From the sequence record SRR31156797_5071: DNA of 38,413 nucleotides. The stretch is one strand, 5' to 3'. Under the pieces are notes generated by a model. It had not been told where the DNA came from and did not search any database. It was given only the letters and a program-made list of their open reading frames with translations. A program made the position numbers and the translations under genes. Below, one piece after another: positions 9,533-18,799 of the stretch. Each line of letters opens with the position of its first letter. The stretch's first letter is position 1.

Positions 9533-10005
9533 AACAGCCTCCTTAGGAAACCGCTTGCCAGTTGCAGGATAAACAGCAACAGGCCCACAGGGATAACCAG
9601 CTGGGGAATAAAAATGGGTGTTTCGGAAATCGAGTCTGCAGTCATACCCAGATCCCACACATCATAGGTCATCAGGATCGCGTGATACAGAGCAAAACTG
9701 GAGAGGACAAGGGCAATCAGTAAAACGATCAAATCTAATATCCGTTGACCCTGTTGAGAAAGTCTGCTTCTGACAATGCTGATGCGGATATGAGCTCCCT
9801 CTTTCATGGAAAAGGCAAGACCCGACATCACTACAGCTACAAAAAAATATGCGCTGTACTCGTCACTAATCAAAGTTGAAGTGTTAAAAACGGTTCGAGC
9901 AACGATTTCAACTACAATCAGGAGTACAATCAGGATCATAAACAGGCCGGAGATATATCCTCCGGCACGTGAAATTGCCTCAATAGCAGCAATGAACTTT
10001 TTCAT
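9514..10005 (-). CDS. dctQ: TRAP transporter small permease (DctQ)
   Basis: 163 aa, four hydrophobic segments, DEYS and HIRI motifs; lies between dctP and dctM; TAATG coupling to dctP. Confidence 0.92.
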   Translation of the reverse strand: MKKFIAAIEAISRAGGYISGLFMILIVLLIVVEIVARTVFNTSTLISDEYSAYFFVAVVMSGLAFSMKEGAHIRISIVRSRLSQQGQRILDLIVLLIALVLSSFALYHAILMTYDVWDLGMTADSISETPIFIPQLVIPVGLLLFILQLASGFLRRLLSSPTR

Positions 10006-10985
10006 TACTTTATGTATTTTCCAAGAACAGCAGCTTCTGCTTTTTTAGCCTTTTTAAGAAATTTTTGCTGGATTTGAGCAGCAGCAGCATCCAGTTCTGT
10101 TGTAAAGGCAGGCTCTTCCATAGTTACAGAAATACCCTTTTCTTTAATTGTTTGCAGAGCCTCTTCACTCCTTGCTTGGGATTTTTTCCACTGAGCCGTC
10201 TCGGTTTCATCGGCAGCTTTCAACATTGCTTCTTGCTGCTCAGGGGTCAATGCATTCCAGTAATCAAGATTAATGGTGACCATGTTCAAGGGGTAGGCAT
10301 AGTTAATGGGCTTAAAGTTATTGAGAACCTCCCAGAACTTACCATTTTTTGCAGACTCAGAAGATGTAAGTACGGAATCGATCATGCCTGTACGCAGAGA
10401 GGCATACACTTCTCCCCAAGGCATTGACAGTGGCATACCACCCATTGCTTTGAGAAATTCTGCGCCGTTTTTATCATAGGTACGAGTCTTGATGCCTTTA
10501 ATTTCGGCAGCACTGTTGATAACTTTTTTGGTTACAAGGCCACTTGGTGGCCATGGAGCGGCATAGAGCAATTTCTGATTCCACTTGGTGGCAGCCTTTT
10601 CGTAAAGCGGCTTGGTATCATTATACAGGGCATGGGCATCATCATAGGATTTAACAAGCCGCGGCAGAGAGCTTATGCCAAAGACGTGGGAACTACCAGC
10701 AACAACGCCCATAAGGATGTCTGACATTGGAACCTGCCCGTCTTTAACAACCTTAAGGAGTTCTGGTCCCTTAAAACCAAGGCTGCCGCCAGGGTGAACA
10801 GTGATAAGTACTGACCCATCGGTCTGGGTTTCTACTCGCTTGGCGAAATCCATAGCGCCTTGGGTATGAAAGCTGGTAGCACCATAAACAGCATTAAGAT
10901 CAAGTTTTGTAGGGGCAGCCAGAACTGCACCAGCGGAAAAAAGGACAAGGGCTGTAACGGCTAATAACGTTTTTACTCTTTTCAT
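10005..10985 (-). CDS. dctP: TRAP transporter substrate-binding protein (DctP), probably for 5-oxoproline or a related carboxylate
   Basis: Signal peptide ending AVLA; HPGGSLG, WPPSGL, KGIKTR (conserved Arg) and MPWGEVYASLRTGMID; downstream of pxpABC. Ligand is inferred from context. Confidence 0.9.
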   Translation of the reverse strand: MKRVKTLLAVTALVLFSAGAVLAAPTKLDLNAVYGATSFHTQGAMDFAKRVETQTDGSVLITVHPGGSLGFKGPELLKVVKDGQVPMSDILMGVVAGSSHVFGISSLPRLVKSYDDAHALYNDTKPLYEKAATKWNQKLLYAAPWPPSGLVTKKVINSAAEIKGIKTRTYDKNGAEFLKAMGGMPLSMPWGEVYASLRTGMIDSVLTSSESAKNGKFWEVLNNFKPINYAYPLNMVTINLDYWNALTPEQQEAMLKAADETETAQWKKSQARSEEALQTIKEKGISVTMEEPAFTTELDAAAAQIQQKFLKKAKKAEAAVLGKYIK

Positions 10986-11134
10986 GAATTGCGTACTCCT
11001 TGGTTGTGGTAATGAGATTGATCCACGGCTAAGGCTGTCTCAAAACAGGATTTTCAGAAGACCTTAAAGGATCAGTACGTGTGTTCTGGGATTACGAGTT
11101 TAATATTGATAGGTTGATTCCTGTGCCTGACACG

Positions 11135-12169
11135 TTACATCTGGCGCAGAAAGTTGATGATTTTCTCGCTGAATATCTCACTTTTATAATACTGTTTACC
11201 CAAGACAGCAAATGATTGCTCGTTGCTATATTCTGCTTTAAGAAGTCGGAACAACTCACTACTTTTCCGTTCCATATCCATCGCGTCATCAATGGACACC
11301 TTTTGAAACCGAATGGTGTCCCCTGGCATAGCCTGCGCTATTTTTGCGATATCCTCTCGGATGACAGTTGCAATTTTAGCATATCCGCCAACGGTTTGTT
11401 CTGAAAGCAGGATAATAGGATCCCCACCTTCCGGAACCTGTACTCCACCAGGTAGGCTTGGTTCGGAAATAATGCTGGCAGGCATGTTTTTTTTGCGCTC
11501 GATCTTCGGTCCTTTTAACCTGTACCCCATTCGATTAGCCTCCGGGCTAACGATGAATTCCTGACTAAAAAAAATTTCCAGTCCATGATCAAAAAAATCA
11601 TCCTGTGGCCCAGGGAGAGCACGAAGTTCCCAGTTAGAAGTGTGGGTTGGCACATAGGCTGCTGGAATAGTTCGGGGCTCAATATTTTCAGCCAATTTAT
11701 CTAAATTAGCTAGTACATCACCGACCGCAAGAGGGCGGCCTTCATGGCCACCGAACCGGCCGTCGGTGTAACAGGAGCGGCTGCCCATAATCACAGGTAC
11801 GTCTATCCCGCCGTTAATACCTAGGTAGGCACGGCAACCTCTTTCAGCATGTCCTATTGTGACAACGTCCCCTTTTGCAACTGCAAAAGACGACCAATTA
11901 TCCACGAGATTACCGTTGATTTTGACTGGCATTGCTGCACCAGTGACAGCTAATGTGCACGGGGTCAGCACCTCTAAAATGGGCCCAGCAAGGGTTATTT
12001 CCAACACAGCGCTGTTTTCGTGATTGCCTAACAGAAAATTTACCGTTTTGGCAGCAAACCTGTCAACAGCGCCACTTGGAGGCACCCCATAACGCTGGTA
12101 TCCGAATCTGCCTAGATCCTGGACGGTGGAATATGCTCCAGGTTGTCTGACTTTTAATACCGCAGACAT
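11135..12169 (-). CDS. pxpC: 5-oxoprolinase subunit PxpC (KipA/AHS2 family)
   Basis: STVQDLGRFGYQRYGVPPSGAVD, LEITLAGP, GSRS, NRMGYRL, GGVQVP and TVGGYAKIATV; third gene of a coupled pxpA-B-C run. Confidence 0.93.
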   Translation of the reverse strand: MSAVLKVRQPGAYSTVQDLGRFGYQRYGVPPSGAVDRFAAKTVNFLLGNHENSAVLEITLAGPILEVLTPCTLAVTGAAMPVKINGNLVDNWSSFAVAKGDVVTIGHAERGCRAYLGINGGIDVPVIMGSRSCYTDGRFGGHEGRPLAVGDVLANLDKLAENIEPRTIPAAYVPTHTSNWELRALPGPQDDFFDHGLEIFFSQEFIVSPEANRMGYRLKGPKIERKKNMPASIISEPSLPGGVQVPEGGDPIILLSEQTVGGYAKIATVIREDIAKIAQAMPGDTIRFQKVSIDDAMDMERKSSELFRLLKAEYSNEQSFAVLGKQYYKSEIFSEKIINFLRQM

Positions 12170-12885
12170 CAGGACTTCCCGGGCAGCAGTTTAAAAAAAT
12201 CTTGGCGAGAAACAGGGATAAAACGAAGGTGATCACCTGCTTTAACAAGAAAAGGATTGGAACGAAGTGGATCAAAAATCTTGTAGGGACACCTACCGAT
12301 TAATTGCCAGCCACCGGGACTATCAATAGGATAAATGCCGGTTTGATTGTTGGCGATACCCACTGATCCTGCCTGAACAGTGCTTCTTGGCGTTGCAAGG
12401 CGCGGAGTATGTATTTTAGCAGAAAGACCTCCAAGATAGGGGAAGCCAGGTGTAAAGCCGATCATATATACTGGATAAATAGTTTCTGAGTGTATCCTTA
12501 TAACATCTTCTGCTGACACTCCATTGTGGCTTGCTACTTGCTCTAGGTCTTCACCAAACTCGCCGCCATAGCATACAGGAATCTCAACTATCTCAGGATT
12601 AGAGACCGGACTGCTTTCCAAATCAGAATAGAGAGAAATGAGTTCTTTTTGTAATTCCTGTAGATCTGTCAGCAGTGGCTCATAAACCAAAACCAGAGAC
12701 CTATAAGAAGGGATTATTTCTATGACCCCTTCAGGCAGTGGGTTTTCAAGTGATTTGCAAAAAGCATGAATTTTTTGATTAGTTTCTAAATCAATCTCAG
12801 CACTGAACTCGACCAGTAACCCTCTGTCACCCACATGCCGAAAAACTGGTTCCGAGAATAATTTACTCTGCTGTTTGTTTACCAT
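12169..12885 (-). CDS. pxpB: 5-oxoprolinase subunit PxpB (KipI/AHS1 family)
   Basis: GDRGLLV, IPSYRSL, IPVCYGGEFGEDL, IGFTPGFPYL and YPIDSPGGWQLIGR. Confidence 0.95.
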   Translation of the reverse strand: MVNKQQSKLFSEPVFRHVGDRGLLVEFSAEIDLETNQKIHAFCKSLENPLPEGVIEIIPSYRSLVLVYEPLLTDLQELQKELISLYSDLESSPVSNPEIVEIPVCYGGEFGEDLEQVASHNGVSAEDVIRIHSETIYPVYMIGFTPGFPYLGGLSAKIHTPRLATPRSTVQAGSVGIANNQTGIYPIDSPGGWQLIGRCPYKIFDPLRSNPFLVKAGDHLRFIPVSRQDFFKLLPGKS

Positions 12886-13664
12886 TATGTAACAAGATCA
12901 AGTACGGGTTTAACATTTATCCCAGCTTTTTCCAGAGCCTGGCGAATGGTTCTCACCAAAACTCCAGCATGGCTTGTGTCTCCGTGCAAACACAGTGTTT
13001 CGGCTTCAATCTCTATTGTATTGCCCAATGTGTCGATAATTTTACCTTCTTCGGCCATCATCAGGGCGCGATCGGCAATTTCAGATGGATCTGTCTTTAC
13101 TGATCCCTCCTGGTCACGTGGGGCAAGATTGCCATCAGGTGTGTATGCTCTGTCAGGAAATGCTTCGTAGATGACCCGGAGTCCGAACTCTTCCCCTACC
13201 TTTGCCATAATCTTTCCCTTTTCGCCAGCTAGGGCAATAAAGGCTATTTTTTGGCTGACGTTGACAATCCCTTCAGCAATAGATTTTGCGATATCTTCGT
13301 TTTCAACGGCCTTGAGATAAAGGCTGCCATGGGGTTTTACGTGACTGACTCTGGTGTTGTGAACACTGCAAAAACCTTGTAGTGCCCCTACTTGGTAAAT
13401 AATGTAATTGCGAATTTCCACAGGGGTGAGGTTCATTGGTCGACGACCAAACCCCATAAGGTCGGGATAACCCGGATGCGCACCTGTATTGACGTTGTTT
13501 GCAATGGCCATTCGTATCGTACGATCCATAACCATGGGATCACCAGCATGCCATCCGCAGGCAATATTTGCGGAGGTAATATGCGGCATCACCTCATCGT
13601 CAGCTCCCATTTGATAGGCGCCGAAACTTTCTCCCATATCGCAATTGAGGTCAATTTGTTTCAT
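12885..13664 (-). CDS. pxpA: 5-oxoprolinase subunit PxpA (LamB/YcsF family)
   Basis: IDLNCDMGESFG, SANIACGWHAGDP, GAHPGYPDLMGFGRR, HVKPHGSLY, EAFPDRAY and TLCLHGD; SD AAGGAG. Confidence 0.96.
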   Translation of the reverse strand: MKQIDLNCDMGESFGAYQMGADDEVMPHITSANIACGWHAGDPMVMDRTIRMAIANNVNTGAHPGYPDLMGFGRRPMNLTPVEIRNYIIYQVGALQGFCSVHNTRVSHVKPHGSLYLKAVENEDIAKSIAEGIVNVSQKIAFIALAGEKGKIMAKVGEEFGLRVIYEAFPDRAYTPDGNLAPRDQEGSVKTDPSEIADRALMMAEEGKIIDTLGNTIEIEAETLCLHGDTSHAGVLVRTIRQALEKAGINVKPVLDLVT

Positions 13665-13873
13665 GGCAGTGCTCTCCTTTGCTCAGGCGGGTACTATGTG
13701 GAACTTAGGCTGAAAGGTTTTATTAAAACCTGATGTTACACCAATTCTGTGGAATAGACTTGCTAATAAGAAAATTTCATTTACAAGGCTAACTGACTGT
13801 CTAGAGGTACTTTCAGGTGGCTAGAAGCCGGCCTGGTCACGTCAGATCGTTATTAACCCTTAAAATAATATTT

Positions 13874-13957
13874 AATATATGTCAAACGTAATCTAAATAT
13901 ATCTGTTTTATATCTGAACCTGAAAATTGATGGTATCTCTTTAAATTTACATATATT
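13874..13957. promoter_or_regulatory. Divergent pxpA/gntR control region with four AATATAT(G/C)T-like boxes; candidate GntR operator
   Basis: AATATATGT (13874), AATATATCTG (13896), TTTATATCTG (13907) and inverted ACATATATT (13949). The outer two are part of TTGACATATATT (minus strand) and TTTACATATATT (plus strand). Confidence 0.5.
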
Positions 13958-14015
13958 GTGGTATTATATTTTATGCTTTGTAGCGAATAAGTATTAAAAG
14001 GGGTAAACAGGTAAA

Positions 14016-14687
14016 ATGAACAAACGAAAGCTATCAAAGGTGGAGATCGCCTACGACAAAATTTTTCAGCAGATAATGACCACCGAGTTTCATCCGGGAC
14101 AGCAGCTTGAAGAGAAATACCTCATGGAAACCTTGCGCATTGGCCGTACTCCCATTCGCGAGGCTTTATTGCGTTTGGAGATCAACATGATGGTTGAATC
14201 CCAGTCGGGCAAGGGGTTTACCGTCAGACCGGTTACTCTCCAGTCCACCAGAGCAGTCTTTGAAACCCTGGCTATTCTTGAAAAAGGAGTCGCAGATCTG
14301 GCAGCAACCAAAGAAATAGGCGCTCAACTGAAAAAAATGGCTGCAGCCAACCAAAATTTACAGAACGCAGCCGAGCAGTTCGACACTTTAGGGATGGTTA
14401 AGGAAAACTACACTTTTCACCTGGCTTACGCAGAATGTTCGCACAACGAGTACCTGATCCATGGCATCACAGCAGTCCAGTGTGAAACAAGGCGACTCGC
14501 CTACCTCTCCTTTGGTGACCGGATTAATGACCGAAACAGCCTAAGCGAACATTACCTGAGGGTGATTGATGAACACCAGCAAATAGTTGACTCGCTCAGG
14601 GACCGTGACATCGAGCGCCTAAAAGAAATTATCGACCTTCACGTCGCAGCATTTAAAACCAGAATTGTTAGTTTTTTGGTAGGATAA
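14016..14687 (+). CDS. GntR-family transcriptional regulator (FCD ligand-binding domain)
   Basis: N-terminal wHTH (PGQQLEE...IGRTPIREAL...GKGFTV); FCD histidines in FH, EH and LH; divergent from pxpA. Confidence 0.92.
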   Translation: MNKRKLSKVEIAYDKIFQQIMTTEFHPGQQLEEKYLMETLRIGRTPIREALLRLEINMMVESQSGKGFTVRPVTLQSTRAVFETLAILEKGVADLAATKEIGAQLKKMAAANQNLQNAAEQFDTLGMVKENYTFHLAYAECSHNEYLIHGITAVQCETRRLAYLSFGDRINDRNSLSEHYLRVIDEHQQIVDSLRDRDIERLKEIIDLHVAAFKTRIVSFLVG

Positions 14688-14723
14688 CCATTCGGTACGG
14701 AGCAAATGAATAAAGACTTGGTC

Positions 14724-14903
14724 CTCTTATTTTGCTCCCGGCGCTCTAGTTTAATCAAGGCGTGCTCAGCTGCTTCTCCCATGTTGCTTAGAGTTATCGG
14801 CTTGGTAAAATAGCCTTCAAACCCAGCTTCTCTACAACTTGCCAGCTCTAATAAGGATACTCCCGGTAACGCCAAATGGGATCGCCATTGGCCATTTTGC
14901 CTG
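14724..14903 (-). pseudogene. Frameshifted C-terminal remnant of a single-domain response regulator (REC)
   Basis: Minus strand reads QAKWPMAIPFGVTG, then shifts frame at 14861-14858 into SLLELASCREAGFEGYFTKPITL...ALIKLER. This matches receiver beta4 (T-G) and beta5 (Y/F-x-x-KP); no N-terminal half is visible. Confidence 0.6.
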
Positions 14904-15222
14904 ACAACCAGTTTGAATGACAGCTTTTTTCTTTATCCAAGTTATTTTTTAAAGTAAAAAAAGCAGAGTACCCTAGTGAGACACACGAATGTTGTTCACA
15001 CTGATTTGCGAAGCAATTCTCCATTCTATTCGAAGTCCTTGTGCACAATTCTACAGCTTTCGCCGATGGTCCTAGTGCAGCAGGAACGTTAATTTTTTGT
15101 CGACAAAATTTTGGCATTATGCAAACATACCCGTGATATCGTAACAAATATGTTGCTTTGCATGACTTGGAGGCTGCTCTTTTTCGGTCATCCGTACTCC
15201 TTACCCTCATCATACTCAAACG

Positions 15223-15927
15223 GTGATACACGTGTTTACATATCAAACCGATAGTAATAATACCAGCGATGACCCCCAACCGGTTACCCTGTTTATGGAT
15301 TGTTGTGTCGCCGCAGGATACACCGGTCGCAACCAGGAAAGTGTCCAAGCACATATTGAAGAGCTAAAAAAAATCGGTGTTGCTACCCCCTATGCCATTC
15401 CAGCACTGTACTGGATTAGTCCTGCCAGACTGACCAATGCAGACGAACTGCTGGTTGTTGGTGATCAAACTAGTCCTGAAGTTGAGTTTTTTCTGGCCAA
15501 AGACAAGGATGGTACTCTTTATGTAACTGTTGCCAGTGATCACACCGACCGTGAATTGGAAGCTGTATCTGTGGGGAAGGCCAAACAGATTTGCGACAAA
15601 GTGCTTGGCGATCATTTTTGGAAGGTAGACGATGTGGCAAATCATTGGGATCAAATTGAAATCCATTCACAAGTACTTAAAGAAGAACAATGGGTTGCTT
15701 ACCAGTCAGGAACCCTCGGCCAGATTCTTCATTACAGCGAACTGCTCAAAATAATAGCAGACGACAAACCCTGTGGGGAAAAGCCTGCTTTACTTAGTGG
15801 TACCATTCCACTTATCGGCGGTGACGCAGTTTTCACCTCTGCCTGTAGAATTACGATGAAAGATCCCGTGCTCAACCGCGAGATAGAAAAAAGGTACAAA
15901 ATAACATTGATACCAGACAGGAGTTAA
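15223..15927 (+). CDS. DUF2848-family protein
   Basis: AGYTGRNQ...HIEEL..IGV..P, TSPEVEF, SDHTDRELE.VSV..AKQ.C.K, HWD and YQSGTL match my recollection of DUF2848. The GTG start has no clear SD. Confidence 0.8.
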   Translation: MIHVFTYQTDSNNTSDDPQPVTLFMDCCVAAGYTGRNQESVQAHIEELKKIGVATPYAIPALYWISPARLTNADELLVVGDQTSPEVEFFLAKDKDGTLYVTVASDHTDRELEAVSVGKAKQICDKVLGDHFWKVDDVANHWDQIEIHSQVLKEEQWVAYQSGTLGQILHYSELLKIIADDKPCGEKPALLSGTIPLIGGDAVFTSACRITMKDPVLNREIEKRYKITLIPDRS

Positions 15928-15934
15928 CCAGCTT

Positions 15935-16714
15935 ATGCAGATTGCTGTGATTCAGCCGACAATTTTTAGCGGTAACAAAAAACGTAACTATCAAAGGGTT
16001 TCCCAATTAGTCGAACAGGCTGTAGACAATTCCCCCAAAACTGATGTTATAGTTTTGCCCGAGCTTTGGTCCACTGGCTATGCCTTGCCAGAGCTTAACC
16101 ACATTGCAAGCGACCAGGGATTGGAAGAAGCAGCGTTTCTTAGTGATCTCGCCATAAAACATGACGTCTGGTTTGCAGGAGGTTCTGTCGCAGCCAAAAC
16201 TAATAAGGGAGTTACCAACCGTGCCCAGATCATTAATCGTCAAGGACAGCTTGAGGCATACTACGATAAAATCCATCTTGTCCCCATGCTTGATGAACAT
16301 CTCTTCTTAACCGCCGGTAACAAAACTTGTGTGCATAATATAGAGGAAATAACCTTTGGATTTGCCATTTGTTATGACATTCGCTTCTGTGAATTTATGC
16401 GAAAATTAGCCCTTGACGGTGCCCAGGTTATGATTGTTGCTGCCCAGTGGCCTTTGGTCAGGCTCAGTCACTGGCAGGCACTGCTTAAAGCAAGGGCTAT
16501 CGAAAACCAATGTTACCTGGTTGCTGCCAATAACACAGCAATGGGCGAGGCACCCTTTGCAGGTCACTCTACCGCTTTAGGTCCAGACGGCAGCACTCTT
16601 ATTCAGTTTGAATTCCTGGAAGGGGTACAGCAGGTTACCGTTGATGTGACCAAAGTCGAGCAAATAAGAAAAGCAGTCCCTGTTTTCAAAGACAGACGAC
16701 CTGATTTGTATTGA
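15935..16714 (+). CDS. Carbon-nitrogen hydrolase (nitrilase superfamily; omega-amidase MtnU/YafV-like)
   Basis: Glu-Lys-Cys triad in LPELW, YDKIHL and ICYDIRF; ARAIENQ, GHS and DRRPDLY. Confidence 0.9.
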   Translation: MQIAVIQPTIFSGNKKRNYQRVSQLVEQAVDNSPKTDVIVLPELWSTGYALPELNHIASDQGLEEAAFLSDLAIKHDVWFAGGSVAAKTNKGVTNRAQIINRQGQLEAYYDKIHLVPMLDEHLFLTAGNKTCVHNIEEITFGFAICYDIRFCEFMRKLALDGAQVMIVAAQWPLVRLSHWQALLKARAIENQCYLVAANNTAMGEAPFAGHSTALGPDGSTLIQFEFLEGVQQVTVDVTKVEQIRKAVPVFKDRRPDLY

Positions 16715-16761
16715 GCAACATTTGAACGTTTAATACGTTTTTCACCTTATGGAGAAATTAA

Positions 16762-17535
16762 ATGACTCCTGCAGAATTAAGAGCCTTATCTGCTGCCGGA
16801 AAACTTGACAAACCCACTGCTGGCTACTGTCCAGGATATGTACAGGCAAATCTGGCAGCCTTTCCGAAAAAAGATGCTGCTGATTTTGAAAAATTTTGCA
16901 GTGCTAATCCAAAACCATGCCCCCTACTCGAAGTCATTGGTCCGCAAAGCCATACGTCCAGATTCCTTGCTCCTGGAGCAGATATTAGAGATGTTATTCC
17001 ACGTTATCAGATATGGCATGACGGTATCTGCACCGATACAGTCCAATCGCTCCACTCAATAGATACCAGTGATTTCGTTTTTTTCCTTTTAGGCTGCAGC
17101 TTTTCTTTTGAGGAGGCCCTGGTTGATGCAGGAATTTCCCTGCGCCATATTGACCAACATAAAAATGTAGCCATGTATCGCACCAATATTCCTCTTGAAC
17201 CAATGGGATTGTTTGATGGCAACATGGTGGTTTCCATGCGTCCCATTCCTGCACACCAGGTAGAGTTAGCAGCCAAAATTACAGGTATGTTTCCAGATGT
17301 TCATGGTGCACCTGTCCACACCAATGACCCGCAAGCAATTGGTATCCAGCAGATTGACCAACCTGACTATGGAGAGTTTGTGGAGATTAAGGCCAATGAA
17401 GTTCCAGTTTTCTGGGCCTGTGGAGTGACACCGCAAAATGTTGTTCGGAAAGCAAAACTCCCTTTTGCCATCAGCCATGCTCCCGGATATATGTTTGTTA
17501 GTGATATTAAAAACAGTGATTACGCAGTCAGGTAA
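16762..17535 (+). CDS. Putative hydro-lyase, UPF0317/DUF1445 (YcsI; D-glutamate cyclase-like)
   Basis: TAGYCPGYVQANL, NPKPCPLLEV, LGCSFSFE, MVVSMRP, HGAPVH, PVFWACGVTPQ and HAPGYMFVSD; SD GGAG. Confidence 0.92.
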   Translation: MTPAELRALSAAGKLDKPTAGYCPGYVQANLAAFPKKDAADFEKFCSANPKPCPLLEVIGPQSHTSRFLAPGADIRDVIPRYQIWHDGICTDTVQSLHSIDTSDFVFFLLGCSFSFEEALVDAGISLRHIDQHKNVAMYRTNIPLEPMGLFDGNMVVSMRPIPAHQVELAAKITGMFPDVHGAPVHTNDPQAIGIQQIDQPDYGEFVEIKANEVPVFWACGVTPQNVVRKAKLPFAISHAPGYMFVSDIKNSDYAVR

Positions 17536-17587
17536 GAATATCTCCTGCTGTCTATGTTGGAACCATTAACCAGTTTTGGAGGATTTT

Positions 17588-18628
17588 ATGAAGTTTGGGA
17601 AAAAAATTGCAGCAATAGTCTGCATGGGATTTGTAGTTTCTTGTTCCACGGCTCTGGCCAAACCCGATACATTGCGAGTTGTCGGCAGCTGGAATAGCTT
17701 AACCTTATATAAAAATTTTGAAAAACCTTTCTGGACAGAAACCGTCCCTCAAGAACTGGGCATGAAGACAAGCATGACTTCTTTGGGCCAGGTTAAGCTC
17801 AAAGGGCCTGCCGTCGTACGCCAAATGGGTATGGGTGTTTTTGATGTTGTGCATACTGTAGCTGACTATATTGTTTCCGATTCCCCTGATCTTGCGGCAC
17901 TTGACCTGCCAGGCGTTACAACTGACATTGAAACCGCGAAAAAAACCGTGGATGCATACAGGCCTACTTTGGAAAAGAATCTTGCCCGCGATTTTGATGT
18001 CAAGCTTCTCAGCGTAGTTCCCTACCCTGCCCAGGTTCTTTTCAGCCGAGTGCCCATTAAAGGACTTGATGATCTGAAAGGCAAAAAAATTAGAGCGTCG
18101 GGCTGGACCACCTCAGAATTTGTTACTGCTTTAGGGGCCACGGGTGTGACGCTGTCTTTTAGCGAGGTACCTCAATCACTGCAGCGCGGCGTTGTTGACT
18201 GTGCAATTACCGGTTCCCTTTCCGGGTATTCTGCTGGCTGGGGAGAGGTTTCCAAGTATATCTATCCGCTTCCCATTGGCGGCTGGGATTATGTTATAGG
18301 CGTAATGTCCATGAACACATGGAATAAACTGTCCAAAGAGCAGCAACAAAAATTACAGACTTTGATAACCGAAAAGCTCGAAAAACCTGGCTGGGCCGTT
18401 ACTGCCAAAGAAACCCAGGAAGGAGTTGATTGTCTCACCGGTAAAACATGTCCACATGGTGAGCCGCAGCATCTCATAGAAGTTCCCGTTACGAAAGAAT
18501 CCATAAGCAAGGTTCAGGAAGTTTTGGTCAACGATGTCCTGCCTGCACTGGCGGAAAAGGTTACCCCGGAAACCATGTCCACCTGGAATAAGACCATCGG
18601 TAAAGTGGTTGGCATTCAGGCGAAGTAA
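17588..18628 (+). CDS. dctP: TRAP transporter substrate-binding protein (second DctP)
   Basis: GGAGG then ATG 17588; signal peptide ending ALA; DLKGKKIR and FSEVPQSLQRGVVDCAITG. Confidence 0.9.
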   Translation: MKFGKKIAAIVCMGFVVSCSTALAKPDTLRVVGSWNSLTLYKNFEKPFWTETVPQELGMKTSMTSLGQVKLKGPAVVRQMGMGVFDVVHTVADYIVSDSPDLAALDLPGVTTDIETAKKTVDAYRPTLEKNLARDFDVKLLSVVPYPAQVLFSRVPIKGLDDLKGKKIRASGWTTSEFVTALGATGVTLSFSEVPQSLQRGVVDCAITGSLSGYSAGWGEVSKYIYPLPIGGWDYVIGVMSMNTWNKLSKEQQQKLQTLITEKLEKPGWAVTAKETQEGVDCLTGKTCPHGEPQHLIEVPVTKESISKVQEVLVNDVLPALAEKVTPETMSTWNKTIGKVVGIQAK

Positions 18629-18643
18629 TATTTACCCCTTTTA

Positions 18644-18677
18644 AACGGATTCTGCTGCATACGCGGCAGAATCCGTT
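18644..18677 (+). terminator. 15-bp stem-loop between dctP and dctQ
   Basis: AACGGATTCTGCTGC-ATAC-GCGGCAGAATCCGTT (one G-U pair) with a weak T-tail; likely a leaky terminator or mRNA stabiliser favouring dctP. Confidence 0.7.
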
Positions 18678-18799
18678 GTTCGTCAGTTAAAACAAACTCC
18701 TTTAGGTGTTTAGCCTGTTTGAAAAAGCTGGGCTATACAGCCTTTGCAGAGTTTATCACCAGAGAACGTAGAAGTTAGCCCAAATTAGGGAATGGTTTT

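Noticed and set aside
9533-9658. ORF-track N-terminal extension of dctM (MGSGYDCRL...)
   Set aside because: It overlaps dctQ by about 145 nt, is not DctM-like, and the strong SD lies at 9545-9538.
11135-12885. Calling pxpB/pxpC allophanate hydrolase or a sporulation kinase inhibitor
   Set aside because: They are translationally coupled to LamB/PxpA, and no urea carboxylase or amidase-signature gene is present.
14639-14875. 78-aa ORF as an intact gene
   Set aside because: Only the middle resembles a receiver C-terminus and the preceding strand is in another frame; treated as a pseudogene.
15111-15126. TTGGCA upstream of DUF2848 as a sigma-54 promoter
   Set aside because: No GC at the -12 position.
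14848-15354. 168-aa minus-strand ORF
   Set aside because: It overlaps the DUF2848 start antisense, has Cys-rich non-protein-like composition and no motif.
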